Positions 42,387 to 54,861 of a stretch of DNA of 64,000 bases are shown one piece after another (the stretch's first letter is position 1; every line of letters starts with the position of its first letter). Made by a program: the position numbers and the translations under genes. The stretch comes from Eledone cirrhosa (taxonomy: Eukaryota): the NCBI GenBank assembly GCA_964016885.1, contig OZ024745.1, positions 66,774,001-66,838,000 on the forward strand, given 5' to 3'. Under the pieces are notes generated by a model. That model was given only the letters and a program-made list of their open reading frames with translations, was not told the DNA's origin and made no database searches.

Positions 42387-43347
42387 TCGATATATTTGAT
42401 ATGTCGCTGGCAGGAAAACACACATCCTAGTGCCTGTGCGCCCAGCATACATATGAGTTCCTTGAAGGGTTTTCTAGCCGTCGCGTTTGTTAGAAAAAGC
42501 TATCAACGAAAAAAGACGATAAGAACGAAGAACTGTGTGCAACTAAACCCAGTAGACAGTTGAAGCAACACAAGGAGCTCTGAGAGGGGTGGGGTATATA
42601 TTTAGTTGACGACCACCTATAGACAACGACAACTACAACAACAACAACAACGTCAACTACAACAACAACAACAACGACAACTACAACAACAACAACAATG
42701 GTAACGGCAACAAGCATCAACACCGCCCATCACCCACCCCGTTCATCGCAGTAGTGGTGGTATCATCTATGTCTGTATTAAGCCATTGGTAACACCAATG
42801 ACAACAACACCAGCGATGACCCCACCACGACGACGGCGGCAACCGGAAAAAAGCCACGCTTCCATGAAAATTAAACTAACCACAATAGTAGTCCGTTGAA
42901 ACAAGGAAGTGAAAATGGGATAGAAACATAGATGGGTATTTATATATATAAAAACATTCCCAATTAATACAATCCTCCTCTATCATTGTAAGGCACAAGG
43001 CCAGCAATGATCATAGCATTCAGTCCCAACTACAGTGGCAACAATACGTTCAAAAGAGCTGTTACGCCATGGAAGAGAGTTACGGGAAGCGAAAGTAGGA
43101 ACAGGAACAAATAGAAGAAACAAGAACACATATAGAGAACACAATAATAAAAGACCGGGACAAAATACATAAAAAAACAACAGTAGGTATATAAACAGAG
43201 CAATAGGAAACAAAAGACAATAAACAAGTACACATAGAGACTCCAGGTGTGCAAACAAGACATCCAAGGTTTGCCTGACGCTCCGGTTGCCTCCTTGCCA
43301 TCCCCGGCTTTCACGGACAAGTTTGCAAAAGTGTTTAACTAGCACCA

Positions 43348-45035
43348 CTACGTTGCTAGTCTGTACAGTTTGAGGAAGGTTCCAGAAGATCTTTGGAGGC
43401 AGGTGCTGAAGAGGTTACTCCTTTTATTGATAACTTGAGCTCCTCTCTCGATTATTTCCATAATCTCGGTGGCACACAAATCGCACGAGTCATGTCCAAC
43501 CTCTCTGTAGGGTTGAGCCGATGCTACCTTGGACCATGACATGGTGAATTCTACGTTATCTTGTTTGAGACGCGACACTAGTTCCGAGAGGGCGGTGCTG
43601 GTTTCTTATCAGCCCTCCTAAAGGTGTTCCAGTGATTGTACCAGCGTTTGTTAAACCTTTTAGCCGTGGCTCCGATATAGGTGAAGGTATGGTTGTTGGT
43701 ATTCACCCTACATTCATATACTAAGCCACTACCAAGGCACCTACCCTCTAGGGGGCAGCTACCGGGGTTTCTACAATTACAGCCCACAGGGGTGTCGCCG
43801 CTTGTATTACCGGAATGCGTTGTATGATTCCCCGGTCTTTCACGGTCCAAGAATTTACCAACAGAGGAAGAGGTATTTGCGTGGTCCGTCTCCTCACGGT
43901 TGCCGTCTCCCCTGGAGTTGCGGACGCTCTTTATTCTACTGCCGTTCAAGGCTTCTATATTTTGTGCTAGGTTTCTAGTTGTGGAGTAGGACAATTTAAA
44001 CGGGTGCCTGTTGAAGATGGCGTGGTACCGGTTTTGCTTATGGAAGTGCTTATCGAAAGCCCTGAAGAAAGAGGCCGCTATGTTGTTGCGTAAACCGGCG
44101 CAGAAGGAAGGGGTTAAACCAAATGACATTACGGGAACGGGTTCGCTTCTTGTTGTAGTCACCAGTCCCTGCACCCGTTCCGTCATAGTACGTGTTATGT
44201 ATTCGCTGTGGACGTCTGGAATAGACATACCCCCAATTCGTCGCTGCACGTGAGGCTGGTTACGCCAATAGGAGCACCCTGAGCTGGGTGGTCCCCGCTC
44301 ATAGCGAGGGAGGCGGTTTGTACCTTCCGCGTTCACTCCCGGTCCAACATATGTCCCCAGCGGCTCCATCGCGTCGGCTTCCCTGCTTTCCGAAGTAGGC
44401 GAGGTCCGATCCCTTCCTGATAAGCCTTGGTTAGCAGTGTCTCCGGGATTACTCTGTGGTGTGGTATCAGGGACGAGTAATGAAGTCCTAGTCGTGTTGG
44501 TCCCGTCGTTGATTCCTAATAATGTGTTACTATCAGCGGTACCGTAATTCATTAGACTGGGTATAAACTTAATTCCTTCCTTGTACCCAGTATTACTAAG
44601 GGCAATATTATAGTAGCTAGTTACGCTATTGAAGGTTTCCTGGCTAGCTGACAGAGAAGAATTCCTACGAGGTACGCTATTAACTATGGCCCTCCTGACT
44701 GACCCGGGATGGTTGGAGTTGGCATTCATGGAGTTGAGGCACTCGTTCGGCTTGTGGTAAGCGTAGTAGAGGCCGGATTCTAGATTGAGGGTAACATCTA
44801 GGAAGTTGACTACCTTTCTATTATTTTCTATGTCTATGATGAGGCCTAGGTTTTTGAAAAATTTAATCAAGCTCTTTCTAGTCCTATTTATAATGCTGTT
44901 GCTGTGGTCGAGTAGCGTAAACAACGCTTCAATGCGGTATATTCCACCGCCTAACGATGGGATCTCGCTTTTCAGGTCCCTGACGATGTAGAAGCCCACC
45001 AGGTAAGTAACCTGCGCCGAGTCGCTCGATCCCAT
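43348..45035 (-). pseudogene. PLE RT + GIY-YIG endonuclease ORF (frameshifted near 43590, DD motif lost)
   Basis: ORFs 43578-45035 and 43348-43578 in the supplied track. Confidence 0.88.
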
Positions 45036-45378
45036 CGTGATGTCAAAATTGTCCGGCCACTCTCTCCTAGTCCTGAGCTCACCATCGGAGCCTATCAGTG
45101 TCTTCCTGGCATGATGTTAATTTCATCCCTGGTTAAATCAGTATCCCTGCGTGCAAACATAAGTGCCTTGTTAAGAACCACCGGCGATATGGATGCATAA
45201 TAGTTACATATATCTAGCTGTATAAAATGTGTCCTACCTTTGCACTGTAGGCCGTTAAACCACTCAATCACTTCCCCCGTTCTGCACCATTGCTGTAATT
45301 GGATCTTTTTTCTAAGGGTTGGTAAGATTCCGCCCAGTATTTTCTTGCTAATACACCCGATGTCAGACTTTGATGGTA

Positions 45379-45414
<36 letters not shown>

Positions 45415-45421
45415 GTATGTC

Positions 45422-46137
45422 TCACGATAAAATAACGGAGCCATAGACTCTCGTTATTCCCTGTCAATAATGTGCTCAAAGGAAAAGGAATCCTGAGCTC
45501 TTTAAAATACAATATGTTGAAAAGGTAACACACTAGAGAGAGAAAGTGTGCCATCAACAGGGAAAACCACCAGTGTATGGAATCTATAACCTATGGAAGG
45601 CAGGGTAGACACCTCAGGATTCCTTTTCCTTTGAGCACATTATTGACAGGGAATAACGAGAGTCTATGGCTCCGTTAATTTATCGTGATATTTCGCTCCT
45701 TATAACAGTCTTTCCTCTCTCTCTGTTTGGTTGAGCACAATTCGAGTGGTTTTTGGGCTGCCCTTTCTAGCAGCTCGTCCCTCAGCCACCACTGGTTCAC
45801 TGCCCTAAACAGCTGTGACGTCTCTCTGCCGCGTGTAGCTGGACGGTCGCTTTAGATTCTCTTAGTTTTGTCTGTAATGTATAGTCTTGCACGCGCTGAT
45901 GAACCATAGACTATTCCATTTCAGTCAACTACCTCCTGGCGAAACAGATCTCTTTGGATTTGTACGCGTGTGTTATATAGTTATAGAGGTGCGTATATAC
46001 ATTTTAATTTATATTTTGAATTATTGTGTGTCTATCCTGCCTTCCATAGGTTATAGATTCCATACACTAGTGGTTTTCCCTGTTTTATTGATGGCACACT
46101 TTCTCTCTCTAATGAGTTACCTTTTCAACATATTGTA
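45422..46137. mobile_element. Rearranged repeat with nested inversions (A' B' A ... B)
   Basis: 45422-45496 is the reverse complement of 45612-45688; 45505-45611 is the reverse complement of 46027-46137; CTGATGA..GAAAC at 45896-45944. Confidence 0.8.
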
Positions 46138-46153
46138 TATATATTGTATATAT

Positions 46154-46217
<64 letters not shown>

Positions 46218-46251
46218 GGTGTTAAAGTTTGCTTGAAGCATTGTGAAGTAT

Positions 46252-47087
46252 GTAAAATATGTAGTTTAGAAAGCCACAACAATGCAGATGGGAAATCTCG
46301 AGGTAGGAAGTGAGTGAGAAATAGGAGAAAAGTGAAAATTGAGAGAAACGAAAAAGGAAAACAAAACAAAGGTAGAAGGGTTACCGTAGTGGAGATTTAA
46401 TCCCAATATTTCGGGCTCACGCCCATCAACGGGGGAAAGTTCCAAAAGGGGGGAACAGGCTAAGCTGGAGAAAGTTATATTGTCGTTAAAACATAGGAAT
46501 GCCGTTATGGGGAAAATTCAAACGAGGGAAAGAATGCGCGTGCGCGTGATAGGCTGTGGCAAAAGCTACTGACCAATTGGGTTAAATCAATAGGGTGCGC
46601 CAGCGTGTGAAAGCCGTAAAATATGTGTGTGTAAATATATATGTGTGTGTAACTGTGTGTGTATATGTGTATGTGTGTATGTATGTGAGTGTGTGTGTGT
46701 GAAAGATAGTGGGCCGTAGAAGCTGGAATTCAAAGGGTGTGAAAGGTGGTAGGTTGTATAAACATGTGTGCGTGTATAAATATAGATGTGTGTGTGTGTG
46801 TGTGTGTATGTGTCTGGGTATACATATAAGTGCGTGTGTGGGATTCCTATGTTTTAACGACAATACAACTTTCTCCGGCTTAGCCTGTTCCCCCCCCCCC
46901 TTTTGGAACGTTCCCCCGTTGATGGGCATGAGCCCGGAATATTGGGATTAAATCTCCACTACGGTAACCCTTCTACCTTTGTTTTGTTTTCCTTTTTCGT
47001 TTCTCTCAATTTTCACTTTTCTCCTATTTCTCACTCACTTCCTACCTCGAGATTTCCCATCTGCATTGTTGTGGCTTTCTAAACTAC

Positions 47088-47094
<7 letters not shown>
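46252..47094. mobile_element. Inverted repeat, ~250-bp arms, each with a degenerate minimal hammerhead
   Basis: Arms 46252-46500 / 46843-47094 are almost identical (same peptide on both strands in the ORF track); TCCC-CCGTTGA-T-GGGC-GTGA-GCCC-GAA-ATAT-T-GGGA on minus 46401-46436. Confidence 0.88.
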
Positions 47095-47134
<40 letters not shown>

Positions 47135-47300
47135 ATATACATATATACATATGAGTTAGTTCAGACATAACTGTCTAAACGGCCGGAGCTCAACCGTCGA
47201 GGTCCTGATTCTTTTCCTATTACCCACTATGCTAGCCTAAGTATCGAGTACTCACGCGCGTTATGATCCACCTGGTTCCTTACCACACTTCCTTCGTTAT

Positions 47301-47345
<45 letters not shown>

Positions 47346-47347
<2 letters not shown>

Positions 47348-47522
47348 TTTATCCCGTATTCTATCGCAGGTAACCACAGTAAGTAAGGTACTCAATACAA
47401 AGCAGAGTATAAATATTTAATGTAGAATGGCTTCTACAGGACTAGAAACGTTTCATTCCGGAGAAATCACCAGGCTTCCTGAAACAGTTCTAGTCCTGTA
47501 GAAGCCGTTCTACATTAAATAT
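47346..47522 (-). mobile_element. Family C fragment with fold-back
   Basis: Arms 47413-47455 / 47480-47522; minus strand CTGGTGA-T-TTC-TCCG-GAA-T-GAA-ACGT-T. Confidence 0.75.
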
Positions 47523-47727
47523 ATATATATATATATATGTATAGAAGTAGTAACACATCAGGTAGTTCACCATACCGGGAACAATTGTTTCTCGGTATGT
47601 TGTGTTACTACTTCTACAAAACTCGTCACATGTATTGAGTGCTCTACGACTACGGATATTACCTTCCAGTGTTCTACCTCCATATATATGTATATATATG
47701 TATGTATATATATATGTATATATATAC

Positions 47728-47759
<32 letters not shown>

Positions 47760-47811
47760 ATATACATATATATATACATATATATATATACATATATATA
47801 TACATATATAT

Positions 47812-47842
<31 letters not shown>

Positions 47843-47887
47843 AATATACATATATATATATATACATATACATATATATATAAATAC

Positions 47888-47944
<57 letters not shown>

Positions 47945-47955
47945 TATATATACAC

Positions 47956-48065
<110 letters not shown>

Positions 48066-48938
48066 ATGTATTGTTGAAGGACAGGAGATGAAGGACCCAA
48101 TACCGAAATGAAATTTAAATATTCATTTTATTATCACTGGAGTTTTCCGACTATTAAATGTATTCGACGGACTTTTACGCACTGTCCAGCAACCAAATTC
48201 CACTAAAAAATTATTGTTCACTCCAGTAGACGATATTTACCAAAGATTGTGCTCAGTGAAACTAAACCCCCAAGCACGTGGTTGTGAAGGGAAGACCTTA
48301 ATCAGATATGTGCACCTATAAAGTTTGAGGAAGCTGTTTGGGTATCCATAAAATATATAAATTCAAATTCATAGCAGCTTTAGTGACTTTGAGGAAGATA
48401 TGAGAAACACAATAATTGAGACCGACTAATTAAGTATCAACCAAGTCTAATTATCCTTAGAATTAACCTAATAATTGCTTATATTAGAAATTATTTTATA
48501 TTTCAAGGATAATAAACGTATCTGCAATACTGAAACACGTCTTATGCAATCAAATGTTTACACAATTAAAATGTCGTCATTTATGGGTCAATACAATTTG
48601 CACCAGTAAAATTAGTAGGTACATCTAAATGATATTATTCCACCCATAATTGTTGTGGACGTATGTGTCTATGTTAGATGCATTACTGCTATAACTATAA
48701 CGAAGCTAGAATATGCTCTAAAGTCGTTGTCGTGACCAGATTTCCATGTATTTCTATTTAGATTTACATAAAAACAAATCTCAAGATATATTGAAAATAA
48801 ATTGGAAATAAATTTCATTTTCAAATATTATTTGTCTTTAAAAAACCATGAATTATATTCCGATATATTTCTAGATTTTCGCTACAAATATACCTCTTGA
48901 TCATATTTTGTTTCTACGTTTCTACGAATGTGTATCAT

Positions 48939-49518
48939 ATACTCGATAACGAGGCGGCAGCCATCATATATATATGATGGCTGCCCCCTCGTTATCGAGT
49001 ATGGCCATTTCACGATATACCATTATTAATAATTATTAATTAATTTTATCGTGAAATGCCTGTGCATGAAGATATTTTTTAAAGTGAGGAAAGACTGTGC
49101 ACCGAGCCAATCCCACTCTCTGAGAGACAGTAGCTATAACCCCAAAAGAAGAAAAGATCAACATCATCGGTAACTACTGAGCCTCAGGTTTTATATCGGA
49201 GTTATCCCAGTTTACTGTTTGCCTTCTCCTAGAAGAATGCCCTGACAAAGGCTAGGGGTCCTTCACTCCCAGTGGTTTAACCGCGTGGTACATGTCTATA
49301 TACATATTTACACACTTTCGGATGGCCGTTGACTCTTAGGAGTTCTTCCGCCTATGTCGGGTCACTCTTGAGTGCTTCTGGTAACATGTAACCTAATACA
49401 AGCTGTCGCATGGTTGGTTCGTCGGTGACTAAACCGGCAAACCCAACACATTTACTTGGTGAGGAGCGTGATTTTGGACACCCTGCAGGACAAAAAACAA
49501 AACCTCACAAAGCGCGGA
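48939..49518. mobile_element. Diverged RTE-derived element with a 5' inversion and a 3' fold-back
   Basis: 48971-49354 is the 3' part on minus; 49355-49518 is the 5' part on plus; 48939-48970 mirrors the 3' end. Confidence 0.75.
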
Positions 49519-49578
49519 TCTATCTATATATATATATACTGGTAGCACATACATGTTAAGTGTATGTCACTTTGATGA

Positions 49579-49649
<71 letters not shown>

Positions 49650-50460
49650 GATCGGCGTATGTATGTGTATCCGTGTGTGTTTGTATGTTTGCGTGTGTAC
49701 ATGCGTGTTTAGGTGTGTGTACACGAACGATAAAAATAGAAATTATCCTTCGATAATGAATTTAATTTGGTAGAATATTAACATAAACATTTCATATTTG
49801 ATACATTTACATCGCTCAAACTCCTAATATTAATTTCTTCATTGTTAGATAAAGATATTTCCTGAGGCTGACTTTAACTTTTTATCATTATAATTAATCG
49901 TATAATTTTAGATTGATAATTCATACTTTTAAAAGTAATTATTTAATGTCATCACTACAGATTTAGCATGCAAAAATATGTAGTAGCCTGATAAAACATC
50001 GATGTTAATCTCAATTATTATAGTTTTATCAGTCAAAACATTTCTGCTGAATATCAATTTCTACTTAATATAGGTCCTTAAAAATATTCTATTCTATAGC
50101 TCCAGGCTTTAGTATCAAAGTTGCCTATTCTTTGAGATTTCAGAGATAACATTTTAAAACGAGCACAATTTCTGAATATAGCTTAGCATGGAATTCAATA
50201 AATCATTATGTAAGTAAATCAGAAACGTTTTAGTTTGAATTTTGCTGTAGGATCAAAGTCTTATAAGATTGCTCATTTTGCTGTTGTACATGTAGCCTTA
50301 TACTTGTTACTTAGTCATAGATCTACCTTGACAGAATAGAATTAAGGCAAGTAAGTTGTAGACGGAGGGGCTAGAAACAACTCTAACAACTTCACTTTAG
50401 TCTCTTCCCCATCCTCTTCTGCTCTTTTCCATTTCTTCCTTCTCAGCGAAATATATAATA

Positions 50461-51162
50461 CTAGCAGTGTATCCCGGCGTTGTACGGGTAAGAACATTCG
50501 TAATAGCACCTCCAATGAGAAACGTTTATTTGTGAGTGCCTGTTAAAAACTCACGAAAATATACCGACAGGAAACTTGTTTTATTTGGAGAAAATTAAGA
50601 AGTTTAAAGTACAGTTTAGATGTCTACGTGCATTGTTCATAGAAATATTATTGAGCCCCTTCTTTTCATACTCCTCTGTTTTGGTCTTTTGGAGTAAATG
50701 TGAAAGAGAAAGTGACAGGTAAAGTTGGCAGAAGGTTTCAGTGTCATAGCAGCTACTTACCTCAGTGTCATAGGCTACTTACCTCAAAAGTTCATTCGCA
50801 CTCTTTCCACTAAGTTACTCTCTATCCCTCTCGGTGCAGTCCCTTGCGAATTTCTCGCGTAGGCCTTGTGTAGATTTTCACCCAATCACATGTCCGCTTA
50901 GTACGGCCTTTGGAGGAAGAAGTGTCCAGCAGAACGTTGTTCGGTATTATTACGAACACGTGTAGCAGAGAATCCTGCGTGAACTAACAGCTCAGGAGGA
51001 AACTTCTTACCTCGAACGTTCATTCGCCATCGTTCTTGACAACGCTCCGTTTACTAAGTATTTGTTCGTCTACAGTTAGATGAATGGCGCACAAAGGGTT
51101 AATGTTTATTGGCAAGAAGTTTTTTCAATAATAAAAGACGGGTTAAAACGACCTACATTGTA

Positions 51163-51166
<4 letters not shown>
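50461..51166 (-). mobile_element. Non-autonomous Helitron (satellite-free sister of 6401-8222)
   Basis: Colinear with 6402-6990 + 8115-8218; holds a single proto-unit at 51032-51063. Confidence 0.82.
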
Positions 51167-51199
<33 letters not shown>

Positions 51200-51399
51200 G
51201 TGGGAGCTTAGTAAAATAGAAGCTTTGGCTGTGGCTAAGCATAGTCGACCTACAAAAGGAATGAGTTAGCAAAGCACTCAATAAGGGTAGGTCCTATGAG
51301 TAATAACATACGTTTAAATAGCTTGACAAATTGAACATTGCGGTAGGCAAAACCCAACCACAACATACCAATGTAACGAAAGAACTAACAGGTTAATAA

Positions 51400-51450
<51 letters not shown>

Positions 51451-51513
51451 TACATATATATATATGTGTGTGTGTGTGTGTATGTGTGTGTGTTTGTATG
51501 TATGTATGTATGT

Positions 51514-52097
51514 ACATGTATCCCAGTACAACCTGTCTCATGGTCGGGTCGTTGGCGACTAAACTGGCAACCCCAGCAAGGTTTCTTGATGAGGAGGGTG
51601 ACTTTAGACATCCTGCAGGACTAAAAACAAAACCTGTCAAAGGGCAAAGGGGCTCTTAAGAGTCAATGGCCATCCAAAATCACCGGGAGAGATGACCCCT
51701 TAGCCTTTGTCAAGGCAGAATTCTAGGAGAAGGAAAACTCTGATATAACACCTGCAACCCTGATGGTATCCAATGATGTTGACTCGTTCTTCTTTTTGGT
51801 AAATATCATCTCGGTTAAGAGAGTGGGACTGGCTTTGTACAGTGCCTTTGCTCACTATAAAAGCTTCACGGCACAGGCATTGCTTTATATCTGGAGATCT
51901 CTCTCTGCACTTGTCGTCACATGGTACCATGGGCCCAGCGCTATGTGTCAATAATTGTCACAAGTGTAGTGTTTGTACCAGAGTTCTCAAGTCGCTGGCT
52001 GGACTAAAATGTCACACTCGTTCAGCGCATCGGTAGGGGTTCTCTTACATGGATATAAAGTAGTCGCCGTACTCGAAAAAGAGTTGGCAGCCACCAT
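51514..52097 (+). mobile_element. RTE-derived element copy
   Basis: Colinear with 31299-31880; flanked by (TATG)n. Confidence 0.85.
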
Positions 52098-52230
52098 GTA
52101 TGTATGTATGTATGTATGTATGTATATATATATGTGTGTGTGTGTGTGTTTGTGTATGTCTATACGTATATTTTTATGTTTATTTATATATATGTATAAG
52201 TGTATATATATATATGTGTATATGTGTTTG

Positions 52231-52265
<35 letters not shown>

Positions 52266-52421
52266 GTATATATATATGTATATGTGTATATATATGTGTG
52301 TGTATGTATATATGTGTATATATAAGTATATATGTATATATATGTGTGTGTGTGTGTATATATATAAGTATATATGTATATATATGTGTGTGTATGTATA
52401 TATGTGTATATATAAGTATAC

Positions 52422-52514
<93 letters not shown>

Positions 52515-52520
<6 letters not shown>

Positions 52521-52900
52521 TAGCGAAGATAATACGTCAGAATGTCGTTATGCAGAGAGCCAGACATACAGACAGATATTATAAGGGCTCGAGGTTAACT
52601 TTGCCTTTCATCCTTACGGGGTCGATAAATTAAAGTACCAGTAATACACTGGAAAATTGCTGGCCTTGTGCCTAACGTAGAAACAATTATAAGGGCTCGA
52701 TTGAGATTGATAACCGGCGCCTAACACTCCTTTTACAACAGAAAATTTTAAATTAAAGGTTGCAGTTAGTATCTTTAGACCGCTAGAATATATGAATGCA
52801 AGTTTGAAGTCAATCGGAGTAGAAATGTGGATTTGTATAGACTTTGCACAATTGAGGACACACACACACACACACACACAGACAACAACTGTTTTATATA
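52515..52900 (-). mobile_element. Copy of the 8995-9255 repeat interrupted by a plus-strand SINE half (~52592-52690)
   Basis: ATTATAAGGGCTCGA is duplicated on both sides of the SINE. Confidence 0.85.
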
Positions 52901-52968
52901 TATGTATATATGTATAGATAAATACCGTACTATATACATTTACGTGTGTGCGTGTGTCTGTGCAACGC

Positions 52969-53003
<35 letters not shown>

Positions 53004-53104
53004 AGTGAACGTGACCGAACGTTCACTTATAAATAATTTCTAAATAATGAAAATATAAACATACCGCCGTCTAGCGTGTTCCAGCAGAAACAGTGGAGGA
53101 CAAA

Positions 53105-53143
53105 TGTCTATGCACATTTCAGGCTCTGACCATCATCAGGAGA
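53105..53143 (-). ncRNA. Putative minimal hammerhead ribozyme
   Basis: TC-CTGATGA-T-GG-TCAGAG-CC-T-GAA-ATG-TG-CAT-A-GA. Confidence 0.5.
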
Positions 53144-53181
53144 GTACGTCTATATATGTATGCATATATGTATATATATAT

Positions 53182-53605
53182 AATTGTTTCTACTTTTGGC
53201 ACAAGGGCAACAATTACCCAGTGCATTACTGGTACTTTATTTTATCGACCCCGTAAGGAGGAAAGGCAAAGTTAACCTCGGTGGGATTTGAACTCAGCAT
53301 GACAAGGACCGTAACTCTATATGTCAAAGCATGGCGTCCAACCCTCTACCGATACTGCCAATCCACCGCCCTTTGTATATATATAATGCTTTCTTATATA
53401 GGCACAAGGCCAGTAATTTGGGGGAGGGGAAAGTCGATTAAATCGACCCCAGTGCGTGACTGGTACTTTATTTTATCGACCCCATAAGGATGAAAGGCAA
53501 AGTTAACCTCGGCGGGATTTGAGCTCAGATCATAAAGAGCCGTAACTCTATGCTGCAAAGCATGGCGTCCGACCCTCTACCGATACTACCAATCCACCGC
53601 CCTTT
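53182..53605 (-). mobile_element. Two tandem SINEs (short-tail and long-tail variants)
   Basis: 53182-53375 and 53388-53605; the second carries an extra GGGGAAAGTCGATTAAATCGACCCC segment. Confidence 0.9.
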
Positions 53606-53849
53606 GTATATATATAATGCTCACACATATGCACTCACATTGAGTGTATGCACACGTCAGTGTGTCTGCCAGAGACAATACGGTAGGGGAGTATTCCTCA
53701 TCAAAGATGTAAACAAAATTGCAACGTGAATGTAATGAGTGGGGTGATAACTACAATGAGCCGAACATTTTCTATTCAATATCTAGAAGGAAACTCCATG
53801 TAGTGTGTTCAGATCATTCAGATCATGAGAAACATTCAATAGAGTGAAT

Positions 53850-54480
53850 TCGTATAAGCATGAGCAGGTCCAACACTATTCGGAAATGTTGTCACACAGA
53901 CGATAATAGCCTGCGCATTGGTGTTTCCTTGAGGCTCGGCCTCCGGATCTCCGAGCCACACCAATGTCGCTGCGGTTCCACCGTGGACCCTTTCGGCCTC
54001 CACCCGCTTCCTGTCGCCACAGTGCCGGCCGCCTTCCACGCCATGCTGCCCTCAACATGGTCATAAAGCATGGCTTGGACACTGTAGGCTTCCCTTCCCA
54101 GCTCGAGCCGGTGGGGCTGGACCGAGGGGACGGCAAAAGGCGGTGGTAAACCTCTCGTCTGGGATGCCACCTGCACTGACGCTTTCTGCAGCCGCAACCT
54201 GGTGCAGTCTGCGATTTACTCGGGTTCTGCTGCACGTCGGGCTGAGGAGGCTAAACTCCTCAAATATCGGTCGCTCTCCGACAGGTTTGTGATTCTACCC
54301 CTGGCAGTGGAGACTTCTGGTGTCCTTGGCCCTAGGCTACCTCCCTACTCAACACCATAGGCGCTGGGCTGGCCAACCGCAGGTGTGAGCCCCGTGAGTT
54401 GGAGTGGCTTTTCCAGCGCGTCTCCCTTGCTGTCCTCCGGGGAAACGCCTCCTTCATTCTGACTGCCGGGGCTGTGGCGG
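53850..54480 (+). mobile_element. CRE-clade non-LTR retrotransposon 3' fragment (CCHC knuckle + restriction-like endonuclease)
   Basis: [38 protein letters not shown], then [31 protein letters not shown]. Confidence 0.85.
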
Positions 54481-54721
54481 AGCCCCATCGCGTATCATTC
54501 CATATTTAGTTGTGGTCTGTGTGTGTGTGTTTGTATATATTAATTTTGTTTTCATTCAGCATCATGTCATTCTTCATTGCTTTTCTCTACTAATGAATTA
54601 TATTTGGAAAAATAAAACATTGAGAGTAGATCCTGTTTTTAATTTGATGAAATGATGAAAGATATTAACATTTTTATCTCTCTTCATCTATGAAGAATAT
54701 TCACCTCGTATGTTTCAAGGA

Positions 54722-54861
<140 letters not shown>

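Larger units (their letters stand above)
42175..45380 (-). mobile_element. Penelope-like element (Naiad type), 5'-truncated
   Basis: RT (FIQLDI..YY.SI, FDITMGS.DSA, NFLDVTLNL), CNCRNPGSC (CxCx5C), VY..YIGAT GIY-YIG, CDLC; ~1-kb 3' region ending with a hammerhead. Confidence 0.88.

Noticed and set aside
46252-47094. Intact DNA transposon with long TIRs
   Set aside because: No transposase and no TSD separable from (TA)n; the left side extends beyond the IR and the arms contain a hammerhead-like motif. Not fully excluded.
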